Positions 49,944 to 63,560 of a stretch of DNA of 64,000 nucleotides are shown one piece after another; within the stretch, counting starts at the first letter, position 1; each line of letters begins with the position of its first letter. The position numbers and the translations under genes were made by a program. The stretch is from NCBI GenBank assembly GCA_053919585.1, contig CM132794.1; one strand, 5' to 3'. The notes beneath the pieces were generated by a model. That model was not told the origin of the DNA, made no database searches, and was given only the letters and a program-made list of their open reading frames with translations. The stretch comes from Euprymna scolopes. Its lineage: Eukaryota.

Positions 49944-50419
49944 CTTTTTCTTTCAGAATATTAAAGCATCATTAATATTTTCCGCAACATTCGTACTGTT
50001 GAATAAAAAAAAATTAAATTAAAGACGGAATATCGAACACTTTTAAAAGTTTATCCAGTCCACAAATAAAAAAAAATTAACGTATTCCAAACGGAATTTC
50101 ACCACAATCAACTTCTTCTAAAATGCACCACCCATGCGTACATGTTACTAAAATCGTAAAAAAAGACACGTGACCATATCTCAAAAACTTGACATGACTA
50201 AGCAAAACCGATGTGATTTCTGGATTCAGCACACCAGATTCACCCTAAATCAGCTAAAAAAACGCAGACAACAAATTTGTTGTTGATCAGTGTAATTAAA
50301 GTTTATTACATTATCATGTCATGGGGACCTTCTTAAGCCATGGCATTTCAAAACTAAATGCTTCTCATCAGGGTAGGAGAAAAAACCAGCATGGTATAAT
50401 AATCTCCCTATCTGTTCTT

Positions 50420-50509
<90 letters not shown>

Positions 50510-50820
50510 GAGATAAGTCACAAATTAGAAATCAAGTGAATTGTCCTGTCAGACATTACATTGAGGTAATACGTTCAGGACGATCCTAGTCAAAAAGATA
50601 AAGCTCAATATATAAAAATAGAGCAATATATAAGTTTAATGATTAAAGATAAATTCTGTAGATGAATATATATATATATGTATGTATATATATATAAATA
50701 TATTTAAGTTAAGAATTTATTATATTATTATTAAAAGAAAGATAAATTGTGCGTAGAATGATGAAATGGAGAGATTTTAAGAAACATCTGCCGACTTTTT
50801 GCATACGAATCTCTCTCTCT

Positions 50821-50885
<65 letters not shown>

Positions 50886-51252
50886 CGTGTGTGTGCGTGT
50901 AATTATGAATGATATATTGAAGAAATATTTCCATTTTATTTTATGGCCATAAAACTCGACTTCTTTGGAAATAAGAGTGCGTATTCAGAAAAGTCAGCCT
51001 TGCAGAATATGCACATATATATTTTAACTTTTGCAAGGATTACAGATTTTGCCTACACAATTCTGTTCCATTAAATTATTATAGAATTACAGTCTACCAT
51101 TTTTGTGTCCAGCTAAAAAAATATGGATACAATTATTTTTTTCGTGTCTGTATTGTGTCAATTTGCTAATTTGTATAAACGCTTCCTACCGTTTTCATTT
51201 ATTTTCTTTTTCCTGAATTTCCACTTTTTCCTTTATTTCCTTTATTTTCAAA

Positions 51253-51464
51253 CTAGCAGAGTTTCCCGGCGTTGCCCGTGGAGAAAATGTAACACATTTC
51301 TATAAAAACCTCTATCTCTCTACCTCTCTCTATTCTTCTCTCTATTTTTCTCCCCCCCCTCTTGCTACTTTATTCTTCCCTCTTCGTAATTTCCCCTTTT
51401 TCTCCTTCGTCCAGCCAATTCCATTCTAGATAGACACCCACACAATTTACTTTTATTTAATAGA
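51253..51464 (-). mobile_element. Short non-autonomous Helitron-like element
   Basis: A-CTAG-cagagtttcccggcgttgcccgtgg end. Minus-strand A|TCTATT start. Confidence 0.6.
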
Positions 51465-51799
51465 TTAAACGTGAAATTATTCCCAAATTAGTACATAATA
51501 ATGCTGAAAAACCGATCCTTCATGAGGGAAACTGACCAAGTTGACCCCCGGAGAACGAATAAAGTTTCCTAAACTTTAGTTATTATTCATCCAGAGCAAC
51601 GCTGATAACGAATATACTAAATTTGCGGGTCTTTGCTTGTTATTTTTAACTTTTAGCTTTACATACAGATACATGAGATGAGCTCATTATCAGCTGAACC
51701 ATGAAGAATATTATGGACGTATTGGTTAATAATAGTTAATAATTACTTCATTTTGTGGAAATCGTACCAGACATGGCATGAAACTACTTAACATAAGGA

Positions 51800-52165
51800 A
51801 CTAAAACTACTAGTTCAAGATTAAAAACTAGCTAAAAATAAGTGTTAGGCCGATAGATTCCGACCTAGAAAACAGCAATTTCCCCCTTTGTCAGAAACAT
51901 CAGAATATGAGGACTAAAGGACAAAAAAGTGATGGATGGAAAAAAAGAAAAGTCAGTTCTTACCAGTCACTTATCATTTATTTAATGAAAATCGTTCCGA
52001 CAAGGCTTAAATCCACTTGATGTAAGCCGCTAAAAATACTAGGTCAAGATTAAAAAATAACCAAAAATAAGTATTAAATGGAATAGATTCTGACTCAGAA
52101 ACCAGCAACTCTTCCCTTCTTTGTCAGAAACATTGCTCATGGAATGTGAGAACTAAAGGACAAAA
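51800..52165 (+). repeat. Dispersed direct duplication (about 125-bp homologous blocks, about 230 bp apart)
   Basis: tactag.tcaagattaaaaa..aaaaataagt.tta..atagattc.gac..agaaa.cagcaa..tttgtcagaaacat..actaaaggacaaaa occurs twice. Confidence 0.7.
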
Positions 52166-52590
52166 TAAAGGAAGCGATAGTTACACGTTTGCCGAAAGTA
52201 AAGTCCACGTTCTACTCCTTTTCTCGGAAAGTTTGATGTCAAGAGCTTCTGTTCATGATGTCATGAAATTCCGTCTAGGACTAGATACCGGGAATAAAAA
52301 AAAAAGTTTTTTGTCGGTTGTAAAAATAAAGCGAGTTCTTGCTGTGAATGTCTTAAAATGAAGGACCAGAGATTGGAGCTCAGGCGAATATTATCCCTTG
52401 AAATAACGTTAATGATAAAAGTAAACTAAATAATAAAAAAATAAAATATCTGAAAAGAAAAAAAACTGAGAGATGAGATAAAGGGAGAGGGAAGGAGAAG
52501 AGAGCAAGGGAGGAATAAGTAAAATTTTCTTTTTGAATTCCAAAAAGGATACATGCATATATTTTCGTAGACATCTAAGAGATAGAATTG

Positions 52591-52922
52591 TCAAAACGTA
52601 TCGCCCCCCCCCAAAAAAAACCCAAATAACATCTAACTAAAATTGCGATGTATCCAAACAGTCGCGCGGGATGGACGAGCGGTAAGAGTTTAGGCTTCTT
52701 ATCGTGGGGTTCCGATTTCGGATCTCGCTAGATTCAGCCACTCTGATGAGTCATAGACGAGGAACACGTGTTAGTGGATAATCAAAATTTAAAAACAATA
52801 TATATGCCGTTCCCAACCGAATTGGTTAAAGGGAAAATTATTCCCACCTTGCATTTAATAATGCACTTTCGTAAATAATTGAATTCATTCAAAACGTATC
52901 GCCCCCTCCCAAATAACATCTC
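52591..52922 (+). mobile_element. Third tRNA-head plus hammerhead unit with terminal redundancy (298-bp period)
   Basis: A box TGGACGAGCGG at 52672. ccact-CTGATGA-gtc-ata-gac-GAGGAAC-acgt-GTT-agtgg (core mutated). Direct repeats tcaaaacgtatcgccccc..cccaaataacatct at 52591 and 52889. Confidence 0.55.
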
Positions 52923-54681
52923 TCTCTATAGAGAGAGCGAAAATAGAAAGCGCGAGAGAGAATTTTCGCGTTTTCTGTGAGAAAGGATATTTAAAAACTT
53001 AACTCAAACCCAAATTCTAGCCCTAACTCCAACCCAAGCCCAAATTTTAACCCTTACACTAACCTAAATCTTTACATGTATCCTAACCGTAACCATAACC
53101 GTAACTCAGATCCTAATCCTAACCCCAATCCTAGCCTAAATTCTAAACTCCGACGAAGTTAGAAATACATTTTTTCCTCTGTCAAGGGAGAAAAAAGTGA
53201 ACGGAGCGACTTCTCCGCAAATATGGCAACATTCTTTCAGATTAGGACGTATCTTAATTTTATACAATAAATATATCAGCAGCAATTGATCGGAAAGTCC
53301 GTAAAACAAAATAAATATCGCTTTGCATGGCATAAAGTCGCCTTATTAAGACATAGTTTCGCGGATAGGTATGTGTGTAGCAGGTTGAACGGCCTGGAGA
53401 TCGCACTTAATTATTGGGAGCATTGTATTTATGGATACTTCATTAATCCATGTTTCTAATTCAATTTCGTGACTGCGGATAACAGAAAAAAAAAGAAAAA
53501 AAAATGTGATAAAACCCCGATTGATTATTTGTCATGGTCTTGTAAACTTTGCTCATCTCGAATGAAATTGCAAAAAAGACAAAAACAAATTTATTTAGGG
53601 AAGTTGGTTCTCTATCCGATCCATTTCACGATCCCCCTCCCCAATCTTCATCCGCCTTGAAAAAGAAATTGCGCAGAAAATCGAAAATAATTATCGTAAA
53701 TCAAATGGAAAAATATATTTATTTTATTTTTTTTTTAATGTAAAGAATTGGTTCTCATTTAAAGATTTGTCTGATAGATGTTATCATTTTGGATTTTTGT
53801 TCACTATAGAGACGGAAAAGCGAAGCGAAAGGAATTTATTCTTTGGCCGGACAAATGGAATACTCTTGTTTTAAAAAGATCTGAAAAAAAAATGGAATCA
53901 TTATCTGATATTATCGAAAGTTTTAGTATTTATTCATTCATGTCGCACGAATCAGAAATTTTATCGTTAGCATTGGTTTCCCCGATATTTTTCTAGTCAG
54001 AACTATTTCTAGAAAGAAACTGTGTACTTAAAGGAATGACCATGCGAAGGTTGTCAATATCCTTTTTTTAAAAATTCTTTTTCAACCCAAACAGGATGTA
54101 CTGACACTTGGAACGTAAAGGGCTACTGTTCCGGAATATGTCTAACACATGAGTGTGGGGAGTTGAGCATGGAGATGTCTGTCCATATTACATTTAAACT
54201 TCTACATATTAGTACAGTCAAGGAAGCAGGAAACAGGGAGGAAATTCCAAAGTCTAGTAGATAAAGTGTTCGGGTTATTTTAAAATTCTGAGTTCGGTTC
54301 TAAGCAAAGGCAACAAGACGATTTAACAGGTTAACTGAGAGAATGCCAGGAATTCTGACTGCAAATAGAATTCGATTCCCATGTTTTAAACAACACACAT
54401 GACGAATGCAGAAAAGCAAAGCAATCTAAAAGTTATGGTAAAACCAAGCAAGGTGATTTCAAATAACCTATATAATAATATTTTATTTTATGTTCATACG
54501 TACGTTATCATTCATCCCCCATTCTTGAATGATCGGATCGTCCGATCGCCAAAGGTACAATACAAAAATCGTAATGTCTTAAAATTAAGATTCGTTTGAT
54601 TCATTTATTTTTACGGTAAGAAAAATGAAACTATTTTAAACCATGTAAATTGCAGCAGCCAATAAATTAAAAAAAAAAATG

Positions 54682-55269
54682 GGGTTTGTATTACTGTACA
54701 CATAGATTCGAAAAAGTTGTCAAAAAACAAATAAATATTATCAAAGGCAAGATAAGTTACTTTTCTACCAAACTGGATATATTTTTTGTGTTTTTATTCA
54801 ATGTAACATGTTTGTTCAGCTCGAAAAACATGCAGTGTTTACCGATGTATTGGAAAATTCAAAATGGCGCCCGACACTCTCTTTAACATGGTAAGTTTAG
54901 GAAAAGGTATTATAAATAATAAACTAGACAAAATACTATTTAAAAAACACCGAATATATGTCAACTTATGTCACGGTAACATATATTGAGCGTATTTCTA
55001 ACAGTATTTTGTCTAGTTTATTATTTATAACATCTTTTCCTGACCTTACCGTGTTTAAGAGTGACTCGGGCGCTATTTTGAATTTTCCAATACATCGGTA
55101 AACATTGTATGCTTTTCGAACTGAATAAACATGTTACATTGAATAAAAACACGAAAAATATATCCAGTTAGGTAGAAAAGTAACTTATCTTGCCTTTGAT
55201 AACATTTATTTGTTATATATTTGTTTTTTTACCACTTTTTCGAATCTATGTGTACAGTAATACAAACCC
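54682..55269. repeat. Foldback palindrome / MITE (arms about 270-280 bp)
   Basis: gggtttgtattactgtacacatagattcgaaaaag versus ctttttcgaatctatgtgtacagtaatacaaaccc. Homology continues almost to the centre (about 54970). Confidence 0.9.
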
Positions 55270-55601
55270 AAAAAATGTTATAGTTTTGGCATCATTTTTT
55301 TAACATGAAATATTTAAATGACAATAATTGTTACGATAAGAAAATATGAATATTAATATTTTTTTTTCTAAAAAATTCAAATTGTTACAATTTGCGATGA
55401 ATAAAGGTAATAAATACTCGATTGATTTATTGAAAGAATATTTGGTTGAAAATGAGAATTGTTTTTACAAGAGAAAAAACTGATAATTTATTGCTTAATA
55501 TTAGTAAAACTTACATAAATACATCATTTCAAACAGTAAATTATTCAACTATTTAAAAACAGCAAGATATTTCACAGGGTCACACTCGTCTATATATAAC
55601 A

Positions 55602-56203
55602 CTAGCCTGGGTACCCGGCGTTGCCCGAGTGTTTGGAGCTGTGTGTTGAGCAAAATAAAAAGTTGTAGTAGGCAGGCAGGCTCGAACCCGTGACGCAAAG
55701 GCGGAAAGGAAAGTAGAGGTGTGTATAAGAATGTTGGTTGAACTAAAAGAAAAATAAGAAGGCAAATTGCGAGCGCAAAAAATGGAGTAGTAAGCAGGCT
55801 CAAACTCGTATCACGCCAGAGGAAAAAGAGGTGAAAAAAACAAACAAACAAACAAACAAAACAAAAACTGTCTTGCCGATATGTCCACTGTGGTTATGAC
55901 GTCAGGAACGGTCGAAATAACGCGTTTTATGCGACGTCGTAGAAGTTGAATGATTTTCAAAAAAAAAATGTCAACGAAAAAAAGCGGCACCTACCTGTAC
56001 TAAAGTACCCAGCTGAGGGCGACGAAAATAATATTTTGGCCAATTTTTCGATATTTGTTATCCGAAGGTCGGTCTTCAAAATGATTCTAATCTTGCGACA
56101 ATCAGTAGTTTCTGTCTAAAGTTTGAGACAGACATACAAACGTACATATATACATACATACATTTAAACAGGTTTTTGCCCTTGATATTATAGAATATAT
56201 GGA
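55602..56203 (-). mobile_element. Non-autonomous Helitron-like element
   Basis: A-CTAG-cctgggtacccggcgttgcccgag end. (ACAT)-type microsatellite near the other end. Confidence 0.55.
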
Positions 56204-57075
56204 TTACGCTAAAACGTTTCATGTTCGCGTTTAAATAATTATCTCGTTCGATCAGTAAAACTTTTGGATAATGTTGTATTCCGACTTTATTTATTTTAAA
56301 ATGAATTGTTCCCAAATAAATTTTTAAATAAATGCATTTCAAAAAGTTACATTCCTTTATGTGGTTTCTATATTTAGTTGTGAATTATTTTATGGTAGGA
56401 TACTATTGTTTTAAGACGAATTACCACAATAAAAAAAATATAAAAAAAAGACATATTCGTTTTATATATTTTACTATCGAGTTACTTCCTGTAATGACTT
56501 AAAACGGGTTAGAATACAGAAATTGAAAGGAAAACGTATTTATTTCATTTAGAAAGCGGACTAGTGTACTATCCCATGAACGGGACCCTGGGTACATGTA
56601 ATATATTTTAGAATTCAAGAGGCTATACATTCCAAATAAAATTTACACATTATCGTAAGGAGCAAAGCAGTTCGCACAAAGAGTTACATTACACCTTTAG
56701 CAATAAGTTAGTGGCTTTCTATGTCACAACTCATTGTGACATCACATCGAATTGTATCCATTTGATTTAGCTGGACACAGCATGCCGTTTAACAATTACA
56801 TTCTTTACATATAGTCCGATCATTAGCATATAATGTTTGTGTTAAGTTTTCTGAGCTAATTCATAAGTAATAAGAATTTTGTTTTCGATTGGTAATACAT
56901 TCATGTAATTTCATGCTGTATCTATACATATAAAGAAGTAGTGTTCGTGTGTGTTTGTGTGTGTAAATTTCTGCTACAGCCAACATCACTGAACCGATGA
57001 TGACAACTATGGTATTATAATAGTCGACCGCCTAGGAATGGTGCACACCGTCTATATATATGAAATAATAGCGTT

Positions 57076-57118
<43 letters not shown>

Positions 57119-57382
57119 GTACAACTCTCCTACAGCCCACATCACTGAAGCGATCATGACCAAATCTGGCATGATGATGGTCCCCCACCTTGGGATGGTA
57201 CACACCCTATTTCAAGGTTAATGTCAAAGTTCAAGGTTACAGCCTATGTATATATATATACTCTCATACAGCGCACAACACTGTACCGATCATGAACAAC
57301 ATTGCACGATGGTCCTCCACCTAGGGATGGTGCAAACCATTTTATAAGATTCAGGTCAAAGGTCAAGGTAATAGTCTATGTA

Positions 57383-58924
57383 CACTGCTGATCAAAAAAT
57401 TAAGACCACTTAAAAATCTTTAAAAATAATATTTTTTAAAAGATAGTTTTTAAACTCTTACGACTTGAGGTTACCAATACAACAATCTAAAAGATTATGG
57501 AAACAAAAAGGCACATTCCAAAAAAATTATTTAAAAATTTGCATTTTTTTTATTAAATTAGGCTTTTTACACATGATCAAAGTTATAAGACCAAGGGTAT
57601 TAATTGTTAGATTTATGGTAATTTTAATGTTTTTAGTTCAGTTAGAGATTAGCAATCACTGTGTAAAGGTGTTACCATGTCTAAAGCAAGAAAACTAACC
57701 AACGTTGAGCGCTCTCAAATTCTGGGATTTCATAAGCAAGGTTTGTCACAGCGAGCGATAGCAGCTAAGGTAAATCGCAGTAAAACTGTTAATTGCAACT
57801 GAAACTGAGAATTATGGAAAAACAAAATCCTTTGGTAGGTCCCCCAAAATTTCTCCTGCATTGAGTAGGAGAATCAGACGGGTTGTTATGAATGACAGAG
57901 GACTTTGTTCTAATCAAATTAAGGCGGTTACATATGCTGATTACAGTCCAATAACCATCAGACGACACAACAAAAAGGCATGGTAAATAAAAAGCGTAAA
58001 CAAATTGCTTCAACGTCACAAAGTTGACCGCTTAATATTTGGTCGTGAATACCAAACCTGAGACGCTGAGAAGTGGAAGAAAGTCCTTTTTTCTGATGAG
58101 AAAAAATTCAATTTAGATGGTCCTGATGGCTTCTAGCGATATTGGCATGGAAAAAACATGCCCCATGGAATTTTTTTCACGTCATAGTGGTGGAGGATCT
58201 GTAATGGTATGAGGTGCCTTTTCTTACAGAGGGACGATGGAGATCCAGGTGGTACAGGGTCAGTAGACAGCAACTGGTTATACTAGCATGCTCTAAAAAG
58301 TATCTTTAATGATGGAGGGTTATCGTTTGTATGGGGATGGATCGTTATTCTAACAGTATAATGCTGCAATCTACACTGCAAGACGGACCTTGAGCTTTCT
58401 ACAAGAAAATTGAGCCCATCACTTGGGGCATCCTGCAAGCTCACCGGATTTGAACCCAATTGAAAATGTTTGGGGATGGTTGACAAAAGAGGATTATCGA
58501 AATGCAAACAATATTCAACAAAAAATAAACTTCGTGAAGCCATCTTCAGAAACTGAAGCAGGATTCCCCGCACCTTAATGGAAACCCTTATTTCTAGCAT
58601 GCCCCAAAGAACTTTTGAAGTCATCAAAAGCAGTGGGGGTAGAACTCATTATTAAGTTTGATTGTTGAATGTTTTCATAAACTTTTCATACACTTTTTGT
58701 ACAATTGAATAAAATTCTTGTCTCTGGTCTTATAATTTTGATCATGTGTAAAAAGCTTAATTTAATAAAAATGTAAATTTAAAAAATAAATCTTTGGTAG
58801 GTTTTTGTTTCCATAAACGTTTGGATTGTAGTATTGGTAATCTTAAAGTGTTTAAAATCCATCCTTAAAAACAAGATTAAAAAAAAAAGATTTTTTAGTG
58901 GTCTTAAATTTTTGATCAGCAGTA
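57383..58924 (+). mobile_element. Second Tc3-like IR/DR transposon
   Basis: TA|cactgctgatcaaaaaattaagaccac ... gtggtcttaaatttttgatcagcagta. TIRs about 200-210 bp, with inner DR tgatcaaagttataagacc. Confidence 0.9.
57677..58655 (+). pseudogene. Tc3-like DD34E transposase pseudogene (multiple stops and frameshifts)
   Basis: [96 protein letters not shown]. Confidence 0.9.
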
Positions 58925-60412
58925 TGTATACTCTCAACCAGCCCACACCACTGAACACATTATTACCAAACCTGGCATGATGATAGTCCCCTACCTTGGG
59001 ATGGCGTACTCTATTTTTCAAGATTAAGGTTAAAGTTCAAGGTCATAGTCTATGTATATATACTCTCCTTCAGCTCTACACTACTGAACCGATCATGACA
59101 AAACCTTGCATGATAATGGTCCCCAACCTAAAGTAGTAGCCTAATGCGTGTGTCTGTGTGCACAACTCTCCCCCAGTCTACATCACTAGACCGATCATGA
59201 CCAACCAAAATGATGATTTTTACCCACCTAAGGATGGTGCACACCATTTTACAAGGTTAAGGTCAATAGTAAAAGTCATAACCTCTGTACATATACCTTC
59301 CTACAACTCACAAAATTTGACTCTATATATGAAGTCGTAACGTTCGTGTGTGTGTGCGTCTGTGTGTACAATTCCATTACAATCTATACCACTTGACCAA
59401 TCATGACCAACCCTGGCCTGATGATAATTTATCACCTAGGAATGGTGCACACTAATTTTTAAAGTCAATGCCAAAGGCCAAGCTCATATAGTCTATGTAT
59501 ACATACTCTCTTACAGCCCACACCCCTGGACCGATCACGACCACACCTGAGATGATGATGATGATCCCTCACCTGAGAATGGTGCACTCTATTTTTGGAG
59601 GTTATATTATAGGACAGAAAGTCAATTTGATCCAGACAGGAATATAATTCAGGTTGATTAATTTTAATGCAAAATTATAAATTATAATTAAAAATGTATG
59701 CATACACATATATACACATATAAATTTATAAATGCATATACGCACATATATAAAAATATAGAATAAAAAATAAATAATAAAATAATGTGAAATAACATAG
59801 AAAAAAGGTGGGGAAAAACTGGTCATTTAGTCTCATCAAAAAAGGGGGATAGAAGAAATCTTTTAAATTTATAGCCGTGGGTTTAAGAGGTGATCTAAGT
59901 AATTTCGAATTGGTTAAATATGAATTATTTCATGTTTACATTGGGAAATAAGTTCGCTCTTAGAATTAAATAAGTTGATACTTTGAGGGGCCGAAATTAT
60001 ACTTATAGCTTCAGATATGCAAAGGTGATAAGGCTTAGAACCTGGAGTGTAAGACTTAGACCTTTTAAGAATAGCCCAATTTTTAGAGAAAGGGATGTTT
60101 TTAGATTTAAGTTTTTTTAATTAAAATGGTTAGGGAAGTCTCTTAGTTATTATCAGTGATTTCATTATTAAAGGAGGAATTGTGGTTAGATATTCTAACC
60201 TTTATTTATATTGAAGTAACGCCAATATAAGTGTATAGTTTTCCTGGCGTTCGTGTAGTGTTAATGGTATGTGAAATTCTGTTAGGAATTTGGGTGGGAT
60301 TACAGTTTAATTCAGATTTGTTATAATTAGCAATAGTAGAGTCAATTTGTACTGGGATAATTTTAATATTATAAGTGTCTTTAGAAGAATGAGGTAGGTT
60401 ATCATTATTGAT

Positions 60413-60471
<59 letters not shown>

Positions 60472-61999
60472 ATGCGTGTGTGTGTATGTCATCGAATAAA
60501 TAGAATTTTAATAAATTTCATAATAATTTTTGGACGGTTTAAACAACTCTCGGAGAAACATTGATGAATATGGATGNNNNNNNNNNNNNNNNNNNNNNNN
60601 NNNNNNNNNNNNNNNNNNNNNNNNNNNNNNNNNNNNNNNNNNNNNNNNNNNNNNNNNNNNNNNNNNNNNNNNNNNNNNNNNNNNNNNNNNNNNNNNNNNN
60701 NNNNNNNNNGAAAAATCGGAATTTGTGAGGGTATTCAAATCGGTATCGGAATGGAAAAATTTGTGCCTAATTTTTGATTCCAAAATCGATTCTTTTAATA
60801 GTTTTCAAACTTAATTTTCCATTGCTTGTACTGATAACAATTCTTTATTGTTTTTAAACTATTAGTAAAATCAACTATAGATCATAATAACATTTAAATA
60901 GGATGCAGTTTTTATTTGCATAAAATAAACAAAACAAAACTTGAAATTTTGCGAAAATTCATTAGGTAACCTGTAGAAGAATGCAGTTTATTTACTTAAA
61001 ATTAAATAAATATAATCTAAATAAGAATAATATCAATCATTATTGCTAATTAAATAAAAAATAGAATATAAAAAGTGTTGTTTTTAATCTTTAATTCATT
61101 TTATGGGTTTATGATTTTGTCCAGTTGGGCTTTGTCCGGTAGGTTTTTGTCTGCTCCCTCACTCAGTATTGACAAATATGACAAGGAATAGACAAAACGT
61201 TGTGAAAAAGCGTAATTTTGAATTGAACTTGAAATGAACTTGTGAATTTTCATACTTCCGTGTGAATAACATTTAGCATCAAATTTTCTTTGATTCTGCC
61301 TGTATCGTTTACATAAGTAGGGATTCCTACGGTGCCGTCTGAGGTCTGATCAAATGTTCAAGTATTTTTCTACATCTACTTGCCAAATGTCTAGATGCGC
61401 TTCTCAGAGAGTTCACAGTTAAAAAATTTCAAACGAATGGGCAAGTTTTATTTTCTTAGAGCCGTTTTGTCTGACCACCGTGTTCTCTGAAATTGTTAAT
61501 GTGTTATTGTATCTTTCTCGGGCTTCGAAAAAGTTTTAAAAAATCATGAATATCTCGGTGCCCGGAAAACTCGTCCCCGGATAACCGATCCCTGGAAAAC
61601 TCGTACCCTTAAAACTCATTCATTTTTGCTAGGTAGGAAAACTGGTCCATTATTAAATAAATATCGATTGAAAACACATTTTATGACCTTTCTTAAAGGA
61701 GATATTGTTTTTAAAGGCGACTACGCACCCCATAATATTTTAAAAAAATATTTTACTTATTTAAAAAAAATAAACTTGATCACGGAGTTACGGAGTCAAA
61801 ACACGAAACACGAAACCATATATTTATTTAAAAAATACTTTAGTTTTAACACGTTTTGTGTTGTTACGGAGCAAAAATAAAAATAGAAAAACTCATGTAT
61901 TATATAAAAAAAAGGAAATATTTTATTCAGAAGTATTAATTTAGTTTAAACAATTATTGTGTTCTTACGAAACAAAAAAAAAAGAAGAAAATACAGTAC

Positions 62000-62621
62000 T
62001 TATGTATTTTTAGAACCGTGCTGAACTACATCAAAGCAAGGATCGACAAGACATAAAAAAATAGCAAATGTAGACTCTGCGGACAAATAGACGAAACAAC
62101 AAACCAATAAATGAATGCAACAAGCTAGTCCTAAAAAGAATATAAAAATAAACACGATCAAATGGGGAAGGCAGTACATTGGCGTATAACTGCATCTTGA
62201 ACACACGGACAAATGGTACAAACATAAATCGGCAGCAGTAATGGAAAATGAAAGTCACAAGATCACATGGGACATGAATATACAAGTGGATAAACCCATC
62301 CAAGCAAGAATACATGATGTCATAATAGTTTACAAGAATGGAAAAGTCCTGTCAGATTGTAGATTTTTCCGTCCCAGCAGCCATAAATTGAAAATCAAGG
62401 AGACTGAGAAGCGGAAGAAATACACGGAACTGACCAGAGAGTTCAAAGGGGTCTGGAAAATGAAGAAAGTAAAGATAACACCACTAATAGTAGGAGCACT
62501 AGGAGCGATACCGAAAAACTTTGAAAAAAGAATGGGAGAGATTGGAATCAGAAAGATGGCAGAGAAGATACAACGAATTTCAATAATGAAAACTGCAGAA
62601 ATATTAAGGAAAAACCCTTGA
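62000..62621 (+). mobile_element. R4/Dong-like non-LTR retrotransposon C-terminus (restriction-like endonuclease)
   Basis: ENESHKITWDMNIQVDKPIQAR..DVII..KETEKRKKYTEL..W..VKITPLIVGALGAIPK..TAEILRK. Confidence 0.8.
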
Positions 62622-62879
62622 ATGTGAAGGGTAACACCACACGTAAATTACACACAAATTGGACACAGAAACAGCTACGGCTGCAAAACACAAAGGGGCA
62701 TTACATGGAATCATGAAAACTGAAACTAAATAATTGTAAGATACCGACCCCACCCGTTTTATTTTAGTTTATTATTATGTTTTGTGTGAATGTCACCGTA
62801 AACAAGCACCACGTTAAATAATGAGGGTCAAGGAGGATGGGAAGACCGAGAAGAGAAAGCGTTAGCCAGATTTCCGATG

Positions 62880-63560
62880 GCTGAGTGCAAAGAGAACTGT
62901 TATCTTGGGGAGGCTTATTGCCACCTAAATTCAAGTAAAGACCAATGGTCGCTTCCCAGGGGAAATCAATGGTAAGCGGCAATTGCGATAACGCAACTTC
63001 TTTTGCAAAAGTTATCGAAATAGGCGGCGAGTACTGAAAGTCTGGGTAGACTTGTTGTCACTCAGACTCCAGGGGACATCACAAGTTGTACTCAAAGAGC
63101 AATCTTTAATGATCGCTTGTATAACCACCCCATAGTGAGTAAATAATGATGATGATGATGATGATGATGATGATGCATTGACTATACGCAACAGGTAATC
63201 GAAACTACTTACCATAAATCAACTTGGAATGTTTTTCATTGTTTTAAAGAATTGATTTCTGTTTTTAGATTTATGTAAATGAGGTTAGATAGTGACAGTT
63301 TGTGTTACAGTTCGAACAATTTTCTTCTTAAAAAGCTATTTTGTAAAAATCGTTACATTTTATTTTAACATTTTTTTAAAAAAATTATAATAAAGTGCTT
63401 TTTTCAAATTTATACTAAAGTGTTTTACGTATTACCTACCCACTCAAAAAAGACTCGGTGTGATTCAATGACGCTGAAGAGCAGGTTGAGTACAAAGAGA
63501 ACTGGTATCTTGGGGAGGTTTATTGCCACCTAAATTCCAGTAAAGACCAATGGTCGCTGT
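62880..63560 (+). repeat. About 75-bp direct repeat (62880-62955 and 63487-63559); the first copy lies in an element ending in a (GAT)n tail near 63175
   Basis: ag.acaaagagaactg.tatcttggggagg.ttattgccacctaaattc.agtaaagaccaatggtcgct occurs twice. Confidence 0.6.

Larger units (their letters stand above)
56920..59600 (+). repeat. Array of about 9 diverged ~135-bp units (Helitron-associated satellite), interrupted by a Tc3-like element
   Basis: Recurring tacagcccacatcactgaaccgatcatgaccaaa..tggcatgatgatggtcc..cacctagggatggtgcacacc..tcaaaggtcaaggt. TCTATATAT Helitron-like starts at 56921, 57050 and 59323. Confidence 0.75.

Noticed and set aside
52997-53146. Interstitial telomere
   Set aside because: Highly degenerate (CCTAAC)-like hexamers, more like the subterminal repeats of a DNA element.
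473-60814. Numerous YIYIYI/THTHTH/poly-X ORFs in the track
   Set aside because: They are translations of (TA)n, (CA)n, (GA)n and other simple repeats and of N gaps.
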